Source: Catajapyx aquilonaris (lineage: Eukaryota). From it: a stretch of 64,000 bases of DNA. The stretch covers positions 1 to 64,000 of the forward strand of contig KZ538164.1 in the NCBI GenBank assembly GCA_000934665.2, read 5' to 3'. Shown piece after piece: positions 22,301-34,600 of the stretch. The notes beneath the pieces were generated by a model, which was not told where the DNA came from, searched no databases, and was given only the letters and a program-made list of their open reading frames with translations. The number at the start of each line of letters is the position of its first letter. The first letter of the stretch is position 1. A program made the translations under genes and the position numbers.

Positions 22301-25300
22301 AGCTCTTATCTGGAAAACTTTTTTGGGGGGGGAGTGTGAGAGTTGAGGGTAAAATTTTTTTGATTCTGACTTTCGTTGCGGATTTGTTACACATTCGTCT
22401 CATAAAAATTACTGATTCGACCTTGAAACGTGGTTTGGATTTCCATGTGAGCCTTGGTGTTTGGTCCGGGTGAGTTGGGGGGAAGGAGGAAGCTGGAGCA
22501 ATAATATCTGGGAACGAGAGAGAAGGGTGCTGGGGGGGTTGGGTGCAGCTTGAAGATTGCCAGACTCGCGGGGTCAGAAATGTGGGAATGAATGGAGATT
22601 ATGGTCCCGGCAATTTCGGTTCAGCTGTGCCCGGCATAAATGATAGGAGAGAGGGAAAATGTCTTTAGGGCGATCACAGATGCTTCCAAAATGCTGTTGG
22701 CATCTCTCTCAGCTGGAGAGGACGCGCTTTGGTCTGCTCGCAAAAATATAATGCGCATCAAGAAGGCCACATTTTGGACACACACAGTTTTGGAGAATCC
22801 GAGCACACACGTTTAAAAAAAAAATGTGGCGAAAATATTTCCATCCGTCGGGTTACGCCCCTCAATATTTTAAATGGCTGCCAGATATTATTAATCCCAC
22901 TTAATGATGATCCTAATACAATTTGCCTTAATAGGTGTCGGTAAAGGTGGCTAGGCCCGATAGCTTTTCGAATAATTAATCTTCGCTGCTCATAGGCAAA
23001 CACGGGCTTAGCAGGGGAGCCAAGATAAAGCAATGCATCCTCCCTATACCTTATAATCCCTGCACCATAACTTGTTAAAATCAATTTCCAACCCTACTTG
23101 TCTACGTCCTGTTTCAAAGTCAGCCACAAAAAGTCAACAATGAGAGAGATGACTTATTCAACAAATTCGAAACAATGTCTGGTTGTTAAAAATGCATACA
23201 CGACCCACCACGATTCACACAGGGTGGTTCGAAAATATAAATGCTAGTGTAAAGGAATAGTAAAGGTCATCTCTCCTCCCTCTGGTCCTCCCCCCTTGGC
23301 CACAGAACCCGCACTTGGACAGTGAATGGCCGGTAACATGCTGATAATTTTGGGAGGGGGGCGGGGGCGGTAGCAGCCATTGAAATGTGCGGCGACCACT
23401 TTTGTTCCATTCTTTGGCCAGGAAAATTGGGCTTAAAGTAATCAAGCGAGCGATGCTGCCAAAGCCAGTTGAGAGAGAGAGAGAGGGCTGGGTGGGATGG
23501 GGGGGGGGATGGTGATGTATCAAGAGGCCGCTGAAAGAGATTTAGCGCGCAGCATCCGACTTATATTCCTAATCCCGTTAGAGTGGGTCATCCGTATGAA
23601 AGAGGTTGAAGGGGGGAGGGTGGGAGGGGGGAGGTGCGCAAATACAGTCTTTACCCAGGCGTCCGGATGGGATCGATTGGATGGATCCTTCGCCATGACC
23701 TCGTTACAGGGCACAATGAAGGGGAAAAAAGTGGGGGGAGTAGAATAATAAATAAATAAATTCGGGCTAATCCGAGATGAGCAGGTTGAATGACATCCAA
23801 CTGGAGGAGATTTTTTTTTTGCGATATCTCTGACCTTGACTCCTGTTTTTAGTTGGATCGCATTGTGTAATTATCATTTTATGCACTTTAGCTTCGGGTC
23901 TATTACAGTGCGGAATTTGCAGTACGATGTGTAGCCGGTGGCCATATTTTAGTGAGTTACATTAGTACGACTGGGACATAAACAAGGCTTTGAGCGTAAT
24001 TAACTCCGTCAGTCACATTTTGGCAGGACATTGTTTGAAAATAACTGCTTTGTGTCAAACTTATTTGTTAGCCAGCTGGACACCTGCGCATTAGTTGAAA
24101 TGCCAGAAAAAAATTAGCAGCCCAGGGGCCAGTAACTTTTCTCATTTGCGCAAATACGAGTTACTACGGAGTAATTATTATTATCGTAATTGGTGTACAG
24201 TGTGGGTTGCATTTGACGTGACTCTTGCGGTTCTCGTGTCTATTTCCGTCACTTTTGCACACGCATTTTGAGAGTGGGTGGGTGGGTGGGAGGAAGTGCA
24301 GGTTTAATATGCGGTTCCCATTTTGTCCGCATTTAATTAAACGGCTCATGGACAGACCAAAGCCAATTATGCCCAAGTACATTATTGATGCCACTGTTTC
24401 CAGATGTGTTCGGAGGTATGGGAGGGATGGGGGGACACGCAATGTAGTTGTACATTGATGCAGATTCCGCACATATTGGCTATGATTGAATTGTTCGAGG
24501 TCCTCAAGTGCCGGCAGGTTTTCGACCAATTTAAATCCGGAACATTTGGTTCGGTTGGAATCAGCACTGCACATTTTCTATGCGTTCCTTACAAAATATG
24601 ATGTAGTATCAAAAAGAGATGGAGACTGCAAGTAATATTTTGAATTTTTCCAACACAATATGGTCCTTTTCCTATTGAGTAAACCCGAGGGTAGCAAAAT
24701 GGCAATCATTTTTTTCCCCCTCCCTGTGGATGGTGCGAGGTTATTGAGTGATGCATTTTCTTTTTTGAGCTGGTGTGTAGCAGGGTGTGGGGGAAAGCGG
24801 CATGACAAAGCTACACTTTTATTGCACGTTAGCGGTTTAAAGGCGAGAAGAATAGGTGCTGAGGCAGTTTGTGAATACATGAGAGCACCGTTTCCACCTC
24901 GCAGAAAATGCCGCTCTCTCCTCTTTTATTGTGCCGTCGATCGGTATTGAAAGAGCCGTCTTGGAAGTGCCCACTGGTTATAATGCATGGCTGCAAAAGC
25001 CTTCCTATTGGAAAGAATATTCCGCAGTCCCTATTCTGACAAGGCCAACGCGCTGTCCTCATTTTATTCAGATATATTCTCCCAACCAACACGTCAAAAT
25101 TGTGGAAGATCCGGCTATAAAATCGCTTCCAACAGAACAGTGAGAACGGTTTTAGCATTATAATGCTAACCGACGGATCAGAACCGTCTCTTTGAACTCT
25201 TCAAAACTTTAGATAAGAACCTGTATTAAATTGAGGAGAGTGCGTGTGCAGTCGGTTCTGTCTTCCTCTTTTTTTATTGAGCTTTTTATGGGTCCGCAGG

Positions 25301-27219
25301 GCCTGGAAGACGCGTTCTGTTGCCTGAGTTACTTCTTCCTGAGCCAATCGCTTTTCGCACGTCCTCACAGTTAAAGTGGGGGATGAGGATAAGGTGGTTG
25401 TGCAACACCCCGGAACAGCCCGGAATAAGTCATGAGGAGAGGGGTTGAGGTCGACGAGGTTTTCCTGGACGCTGTAAATGGTTGCGGTCAGACCCAGCGG
25501 TTATCTTTTCTCAGGCCCCCAGGATTTTCCTTGTGTATTCGCGCGACCCGAAAAAAAAGACCTAACTGGATTAAAAGTCGATAACTGCCGGAGACAAATC
25601 GGGTTGCTGCTTGTAAACTGCATACAGCACACAAAAGCTCTGCAATTTTTCACTGGAAAGCGCCAGTTGAAAAAGCGTTGTTTTTGACAAAAATGGGACT
25701 AATTTGTGCATCTGCATCTGACGTGGCGGGACGATTCGCGGTAAATGACGCCGATAGGTTTCCGCGCTGTTTTATTCTTGAACCAGGAGATATTAGCCCG
25801 GGCAGCAGGAGGAATAGTTTGAAAAACCAGAAAGCGACATCTGGCGGCAGTTTGGCAATGGTTTAGAACAGCACAAAGTTATGATCCAAAAACCTCTGGT
25901 GTGGGAATAATAGGGCCCTGGCTTGGTTGTTTGCTTTGGGACTATTTCTCCCCGCGTTTATATGCGTTACGCTTCCACACGCATGCATCAAATTTCATCG
26001 CTGCAGGGAAACCAGGCAATACATAAAGGATGCTGGTGTGTTGTCTGTTCCCTTTGGGTGGGTGACATGCCATGTTTTAATGAGCAGGTTTTAAAATAAA
26101 TTCTCAAAAACCGCCTGCGGGGACATTGAAAATAATTCAAGCTTTGGCCGCCCCCAAATGGATCACCGCTGCACGTAAAGTGAGTGTTACTTCTCATGAA
26201 AAAGCGGTAAATTCCCTGCCAGACACCGTTTTAATCCTGTAAAATGAGAAAATCTTTATGCATAAATCACGAGGGGTAATTTGGGTAATGAGTGGACCGC
26301 TCTATGAGGACTATTACCATAGTATTAATAATGGCTGAATTATTGTGATGGGGGAAGGGATGGCATGTATGACCCTGCTCTGCATATTCTGTTATGAGTC
26401 AACATGTAGAGAGTTTTATATACCCGAACTTAATAAACACACTCTGAAATTGACAGTGCAGGATGTCCCATAAACCAATCCAGTTTTAAATAAAAATCGC
26501 TTCACGTCTCGATTTGAAGTCTGAGTCGCTCAATTGACAGAAATGAAAATCCTGGAAGGGGGGGTGTAAGAACAAATGGTCGTTGACGCGACCTCATCCC
26601 AAATTCCATCGAGCTGGCTGTGACGTCACCGATCTATCACCCGCCGGAAGGGGCCTGGCCGCGGATTAAAAAAAAAGAGAGAATCCGAATTTTTTGGGGT
26701 TGGTTGGAGGAGTGGAAAGAAAAGGAGGTGGTGTAGAGATAGAGGCGAGAGAAGAGAGAAAAGGCCGTGACAGAGACGAGAGAGATCTCTCGTCCTCTCT
26801 CTTTTTTCAGGAGCGGCGTTTGGCCTTAATCCAGGGCTTGAGTCTATCAGGAGCCCGTCCCTCGAAATGAGCGATCCTGCCGGATTACCTCGAGATTACA
26901 GCCTAATGGGCAGGCTTCCTGGACGCCATGTTGCCACTTGGCACCGCCCGGAAAAAAGAGAAGAGCGGAATACGGACAAGGGAGAGGTTGTTTTTTTTCC
27001 GGTGGCCGAACCGCTAGATTTGTGCGAGCACATCTCTTCAAGAGCAAGCTGGGATTAGCACCTTAACGCCTGAGAGTGCTGGGTTTGCCCGGGGGGAAAA
27101 TGTCGACCTTGGGACACGGCCTGGGTCAAAAGGCGAACGAACTAGACCTTAAGCCTTCAGGGCATACTTGCAGTGTACCAGGGCAGCCAACTTGGGAACA
27201 CCAGGAGTGAATCGGATGG

Positions 27220-27253
27220 TCTTACCTGCGAAAGAAAGAGAAACATTTATTAG
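27220..27253 (-). other. Strong 3' splice site immediately followed by a 5' splice-site consensus (candidate recursive splice site)
   Basis: Minus strand CTAAT-AAATG-TTTCTCTTTCTTTCGCAG|GTAAGA, with the junction between 27226 and 27225. Confidence 0.55.
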
Positions 27254-28494
27254 ATAACTGTTGTTGAAAATATTACGGCATGTTTGTTTCAAAAGAACTA
27301 GGCTAATTCCAAGCCTAAATGGCCGTGAGATGTTTGTCCGGCCTGATAGTATCGCTATCTCTCGCACTACCTGAGGGTGGCAGGAGCGTGCAGAGGGAGC
27401 GTGCGCCATCTATGCGTTGAAAATAGTACTACGTGGTAAATCGGCGGGCGATCTCAGTTGTTTGATTGTCGCTGTCATGTTTTGCCAAATTTTGATCACA
27501 GGTTCACTTGTTACATATGAGAACTGTTAATAAGCACCGATTTTCCTGAGCAGAGCGAAACAACCGGAACACATAAAACATTGCTTTTTAAAAAAATAGT
27601 CCCAGTGCGTCCGAATGGAAGTTAGTGACAAGTTGGCCTGTGTAGAGCCTTGCACAATTCCAGCTGAAGTTACTCGGTATTTAATTAGCGGCGACGGGAG
27701 AGGGGGAGGGATGGGGGGGGGCGTGGGGGGCACAGGGCTAATTCCCTGTTATCAAAAAGCTGACCGGAAGGCCAAGTCAATATTTGCCGGCTCTTTGCAG
27801 ACTTCATTTTCTAGCCGAAATGCTTCCAAAATTCATTCCAGCGAAGGCCCCTTCAATTCAATCAAGAGCAGCCAAACAACTCCAAAAAAAGTGCACTGAT
27901 TGAACACAAATCACCCAGAATAACAAGAAAATATAATATAGATATATAAAACAACGAATTAGATTTTTTTTTTGCTTATTCTTCTTCCGAGCCCATCATT
28001 GTCACAGTTGCGAATATGGCCTACTTATTCATCTTTCCCCTTACTTTTATGTAAATTACAAATTGTTGCATCGCAGAGTCTCCGTGAGTCGTAAAAAAAT
28101 CGCATTACCGCATCCACGCAAGAGAAGGAAGCGGTTTTTTTTTCTTTCTCTTTCTCTCCAGACATTTTCATGCCCCCTCGGTTTTTATTGCCGCTCATTT
28201 TTCTCGTTTCTCCCTCGACTCATTTATTCCGGGACTGGCGTGTCGTGTCACTCTACTCCTATCTCGTATTCCCCCTCCTTTTTTTTCGTTTGAAAAGTTC
28301 CGGGACGCACCCAGGCTCATCAGGGTTAATGCTTTGCTCAACGCAATGACTTTTGCGTAAACCTCTGCCATCAAGCCGAACAGGTAATCTGAAACCTCCG
28401 CAAGTCGTTTGCATCAACCCAACCGAATTTATCCCGAATTGTACGTACTGATTACATCTGTAGTGTGGTGGGCGAAAATAGTGTCCATTTTGGT

Positions 28495-28689
28495 CGTTAT
28501 ATGTGAATTTTATTATGAGCGCAACCGATTGCGCAACACAGTTCGCGCTATGGTTGACTTTTGCGATGTTGCCAAGGCCGGTGTGAATTGGATCATGTGC
28601 CGTAACTGTGGCAACGTTGTTCTCGGAACAATGGACTTGCGCGAGTGTGAGTGCGCACTCGGTTGCGCTCGTAAAAAATTCATATATCG
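28495..28689. mobile_element. Decayed ~195-bp palindromic (MITE/foldback-like) element
   Basis: The left arm ...atgtgaattttattatgagcgcaaccgattgcgcaacacagttcgcgc aligns with the reverse complement of the right arm (atatgaattttttacgagcgcaaccgagtgcgcactcacactcgcgc). There is an inner match of gatgttgcca with tggcaacgtt. No clear target-site duplication. Confidence 0.6.
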
Positions 28690-31600
28690 CTTCCGAGCAG
28701 CAGCGGTCACATATCACGACCTTGTCCACTTATCCATGCGCCTTATGCAAACCAGCGTAATTTCAAAGCACATTCATTAAGTTTTGCGAGTGCACGTGGC
28801 AATAACGACCGCTCCTTTTGAAGTCCGGTGTCCTCTCTTTCCTGATGAGGATGTCCCCCCAGCCAAAGAGAGATCCGACTTTCTCCGAAGGTTGATTCCA
28901 GCTATTTGTCAGAGGCGATATTCCGAGCGACAATGGCTGCCACATCGGCTGCTGGCAATAGCCTTCTCTTATGGGACGCCTGACGTCATGCCAGGACCGA
29001 CGCAAGTGGCGTCCAATCGATCCCCTCCTCCCCCCCCCTCCCTCCCATCGCCTCTTATTCCCTTGACTCGACAGCACCCGAGCAACTTTCCGCATACTTG
29101 GTCCAACTGTGCCTGCCTACGACATGTCAACCGCGAAATGAGAATTACGACGTTATCGTGTGTCCTACGACCTGACAACACCGGCCGGATTCTTTAATTA
29201 TTATTGGATCCACCCATATCCGATCTGATGCCGATCCTCTCTCCCTTTTTTTTTTTGGAGAGGAGCGAGGTACCGATGCGGACACGTTATTATTTGCTAT
29301 TATCGCTAAGTTGACATTGCGGGGAAAGGGACCGGGGCAAAATTTGGGGGAGTTAATAATTTTGCAAATTAGGTAATTAACAAGTGGTATGATCGCCCCC
29401 TCCGAATTCATATCCGCACCACCGCCATTGGTCAAATCGACACACATACAGGCGGCTGATAATATTAGCCAGCGTTTGCAGTAACATGGCGGATGAACAA
29501 AAGCCAATGTCCCTCCCAAAAAAATTGTACTAAATCCTGCCATGTAGGCAACGCGGCCAACAATAAAGGCGCGAAGGTAGCATACTTTCCAGGATGAACA
29601 AGAATATCCTGGGGCTATTCCAACTTTAAGAATTTTATCACTTGTAAGAGTAGAAAAGGCGAGCAATTTACGAAAGGTTTTTGCCCCATTGTAAAGTGAT
29701 GGCGCAATTTTTCACGCTCTGTATCTCTGAAACGCTCCTCGTTATTTTTCAGTTATCCGCACTTGCGAGAAGGTTCAAAGAAACCGGTCCCCCTTTTTTG
29801 TTAGATCCGAACTGCTTTAAAAAAAACTCTCCAGTTCACACTACGACACTTAATAAATGCGATAGGGATGTCCAGTCCCATTTCCAGCCGGGACATTTGT
29901 CAGCAGTTGGACAATCGCAGATAATAGGAACTGGCTCCCAACACACAGTTGTATCACACAAGGTGAGCCATAACTTCATGTCAACCACTGGCGAAATCTA
30001 CCAAGTGGCTACTAGCTGACCTGCACTTTCCGTATCACCCTGTAAATCATCCGATGCATATCTGTCAAGCGGGTGACGGCCCGGAACAGGGCCTCGAAGC
30101 AAGGTCCTGGCTTCCAGCATGCACTTTGATTTCCAGGAATGAGTCCCTGGGAGTGGTTGTGAGCAAATTAGGATGACGCTACTCCTCCTTTCCTTGGCTG
30201 GAACGGCCCCGTGATTAGTGTAGCCAATTAATGGCCGCGGCCTCCAGTGGAGATGCGCCAAACCGGAGAGAAAGTAATTATGCCAAGGCGACTTGGGTTT
30301 GCTGCAGGAAGAAATCTTACGCCCACTGTTAATGGGCCTGTTGCGACTCAGCCAACATCTTTTAGAAGGATGAATAACAGGCTGTAATCCACACCAATAA
30401 GAGTGTTCTAACTTGCAAATAAATGTCTTTAGATGTAAATTGTAGGGTCTAATGTTCATGCCTACATTTTTTTGGTGAGTGATTGTGACGCCGAGTCGCT
30501 TTGGGGAGGTCGACAGAGTTCACTTTGTTCGAAGCTTTCGTCGTCAACAAGCAGGACTCACGTCCATTTCTCCTGCTGCACTTCCCATCCCATTGTCTAG
30601 CCCCCGACACTGCCAGACTATGTTGACTCCACTGGGCTTGTCAACATGAGCATATCTGACGAGTTGTTTTGGAAGAATTTTCTCGAGCTCCCCTGAAGAC
30701 GGTCGCATTATTTTTGCTGTCGGCTCCATATAGCTGAATCAGGAATTTGAAAAAAGTGAATGGATGGTCACTTTTGTCACTTTCACAGCCGTCTTGTAAT
30801 CTTAACGAGAGAATGGACGCTTAACTAATGCTGAGTCAGCGCCTCTACCTGCACAAAATAATCCCGGCGGTTGTTTACACAGCGTGTAAAATGCAGGACC
30901 CACGACGTGCTATGCCAGGTTTTGTCCACGTTACGCCATGCAAAATGTATCACGAAGCAAAATAATTGCTGAATGTGTAATAACCCCTTCGGGTCCTTCC
31001 TTCCCTCGTGGGATGTTTTATAACTCATGCGATGTTTGCAATGAAATGAACACATCACTAAATAAAAGGTTTGTATGTAACCTGAAAACATCGCCTGAAA
31101 TTGCTCCCTCTCTGTTGAAAATGTTCAGTAACCATTCCCTGACCCAAACATGGTCCTGCATTGCTTAAAAATTTAACTCACTTTATAAAATTGACTGCTC
31201 AATAAATAATGAACAATGCAGCCAGAATGCTATAAGGTCACCTATTCAATAGCGAATTTTATCAGGAGCGACGACCCTGCCAGCCCCTTTTTAAGATGCA
31301 ATGGGCAGCTGATATGAAAATTAAATCATGACCATGCGCCGTACATGTATATTGCCTTTTTTGTCCTCCTGCAGCGCCAGAAAATGGTGCTTGCTGCGCC
31401 AGAGTGAGATTGAGAGAGGTGTGGTGCCGAGGGTATATTAGAATTTGGGAAGCGTGAGGGAATGTACTGGGTTGGGTGGGCAGCTTGCTTGCTTATCCGG
31501 ACAGATATGAGCATTCTTGGCTCCAGGACAAACACCTCAATCCAATAGATTCCTATAGGAGATCCAACCCTCGTTCGACCCTACTAAAAGGTGAGGGTTC

Positions 31601-34600
31601 GATTCCCGGGGAAATGTCTTGCACAAAAAAAGGTCTATAGTTTAATATGGATAAGGTGAGACTTGAAGTGATTTGGTCGTCGAAGCGTGAAGGCGCCTTG
31701 ATCGGTGGCAAATAGCGTGTTTCACAGGCAGGATTTTGACGGATATCTGCGCAATCATCGTTTGTGCATGCCAAAACCCATTTGCCTTCATAGCTATTTT
31801 ATAACCATCAAAGCGGGATTTAGATATATTAATTGATACAACCGGACATGCGTGCAGCACTGGGCTAAAACAAACATATTACCATTAATTGGTCATATCA
31901 TGCGAACTGCATATACATTGCTGAATTTGTGGTGCTTATTTGGCCTACGCTCACACATTAGTTTGCCAATCTGACAACCGGCATCAAATGCAATTTTTTT
32001 TGTGTAGAACCAGTTAAATGGTTTGCTATTTTATTAAATTCGTACGATCAATGCGCTTTCAAAATAGAGCTCGATATTAATACACGTAGTATTTTAAGTT
32101 AAATATTGCACAGCCTTGGAAGAGTTTCCTTTCCAAACTTTCCCTGCTGGCAGCGTGAACCGATCGCTTTTGCTCCGGTTTAAAGATTGATTAGTGGAGT
32201 GCAACAGTGACACTGAAGCAGTTTCCCAATCAGTTCCTGGGGAGGGATTGAAGGCTCGGAGAAGGCAAATCAAATAAGTTGGGGCATCCCACGGAGAGGT
32301 GGGCGTGGCCAAGATTTACGGTCCAACCGAAAAGCCTCCACATCAGGAACCGTTTAGAAGTGAGAGGAATGGAGGTTAAAATCCTTACCGTGAGAGGATA
32401 AGGAATGATGATTATAAAGCGGTAGCTTGGCGAAAGGCAGGGTCGGGGGTGGTGGTGGAAGGGATGGGGGGTGGGGGTGCTGGTTTTATACCCTCTCACG
32501 ATGCCTTTATCCGTTGGCTTGATGGAAATTCTGAGCGATGCTGGAAGCACCAGACACCGTATCTGCATGATGCGGTGGATGGCTGGCTTGCCTAGCAGGG
32601 TGAGGGGGTCAATAGTGCAAGGGATTTACTGCCCTTAAAACCCTTCTAGGTGTCTGACACTGCCAAACAAGGTGGCACCCTGTATACACACTCAGTGTGA
32701 CTTCACTCAGAATCACATCAGGAGCAACAATGAATCTGACAGTTATCGGATGGGTCATTAAGTCAGACGTCAGTACTTCCAATCTCATGTTGGTTTTTTT
32801 CCCCTTCCAGTGATCTTTTTTTGTGCTCTGGCTCGGGGTTTTTGAGATTCCCGCCACGTCCTCCCTCCCCCCCTTCCCCATCTCCTTCCCAATCTTGAAA
32901 AGGAGAAGTCGTACATTGCGCTGCAACGGACGCCATTTGTATTCGCAGCCGTCAGGTCGACGCGAACTTGTTTTTGCCAGTCCCTGATTCTTCCGGGGTA
33001 ATAATAAGGGCGGAGTGGGTGGGGGGGGGGGGGCGACTTTGCGTCTAGTTACTTAATAACATCATCATTCCTGGGGAGTGCTAGTTTTTTGTTTGGTTGC
33101 GTCGGCTGAGCTGTACAAACACATTAATTAATTAGCTGTAGGGATATAACGCCGGTGTCCTGTTGTATTAACCGCTGCGGAGATGTATTAAGCGGGTATA
33201 ATGCTGGAGGACCTACCATGAGTAGGAGGAGAGTAATCACTGCTGGGAGTACACATTCAGATCATACCATGAGGGAAAATCTACTCTAAATATTGGATAA
33301 ATCCAGACGAATATGTCCGGATTCAATGCGAATCATTGCTAATATGAAGTTCAGGGTAAATTCGCAAAATTTGTGCTAAATCCTCTACCTTTTGCGCTCA
33401 GATGCCCACAAAATGTCGTCAGTGTTGAATGAAAGTCTCTCCTTGATTTTGAGGAGCGATTAGGCTCGTTGTAGTTGAAGAGGGCTATAATTATAATCAG
33501 CCTTCTAAGACCCCCGGCCTTCATTAAGTGGTGGTGGAGGTTTCTTGGAAGCTGGTATAGTGAATGAAGGAAAAGGAAAGTGGGGGGAAAGGAGGAGAGA
33601 AACTTGCACTTTCCAACCCCCCCTTGAGCAAAACTTTCCACCTTCCCGCCCCCAACCTAATCGGCCACTAGTGGCCTTGGATCTTTCCTCTTAATACTCT
33701 CCACAGTGGGCAATGTGCATGCAATTAGCACCGTTTTCTAAAACCGATTTTTTTCCCCATTCGCAGTTTAAAGCCGGCCCGAACCGGGTGTTTAAATTTT
33801 TGCGCAAATGTTTGCTGGATTTTTATAAATATCTGCACAACGGGAGGGTCGCACGCTTTTTAGTGCCCCCAAAAATGTTTAATGGAGGGGGAATAATACG
33901 CGTAACGAATCATATCGGCTTAAACATGGCGTCTGCATTGCGTTACCAGGGACCGGTCATTGCGAATATAAAAGAGTTGCGGCGTCGCTCATGACGCGAA
34001 TTAAAAACTTTAGAGCCGCACTCATTCGCCCGGTTTTACGGTCGTGGCGTCCGTATTATTGCCGGCCTATCGCTGATAAACGCTAATATTTTCAGGCAGG
34101 ATCACGTACTATATGGACGAGAATCTTCGTACATAGGAAAATGCTAGAAAAAAAATGAGCCAGAAGCACTATTGATAGCTGTTACCGTAATGTAATGTAG
34201 CATCTTTTGAATCCAAGGGTAGGAAGGTGGTAAAGTAATTTAATAATCGAAAATGGGCTCTACCAGTGTTTGATCTGGCTGTGAACACAAAGGAATGTCA
34301 ATATGTACACGTTTTTAAAATTATGCGTGAAACAATGCATGCTCCGCCAGGGTTAATATTTTTTTAAACGCACCCAAAATTAGATTGGCCCTCTATCCTG
34401 TTGGCCGGCATGAAAAGCCAACGTGCACTCTGGCTTATTGAAGGCCCTTCCCTAAATTCCTCTGGATTTCTAATAAGGAATACCTCCCCCTGTCCTACTG
34501 AGTTTTACGAGGACCTGGTTTAAGCGGCACTTAGGACCCGTTTCAGTGCCCTGGCACTCTGGTCTTTAAAGCGCTGGGAACAACACAGGATGGCCCCATA

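Noticed and set aside
31595..31610. GGGTTCGATTCCC tRNA T-arm/B-box (similar fragments near 12010 and 37730 on the minus strand)
   Set aside because: No A-box, D-arm or acceptor stem, so no cloverleaf can be built.
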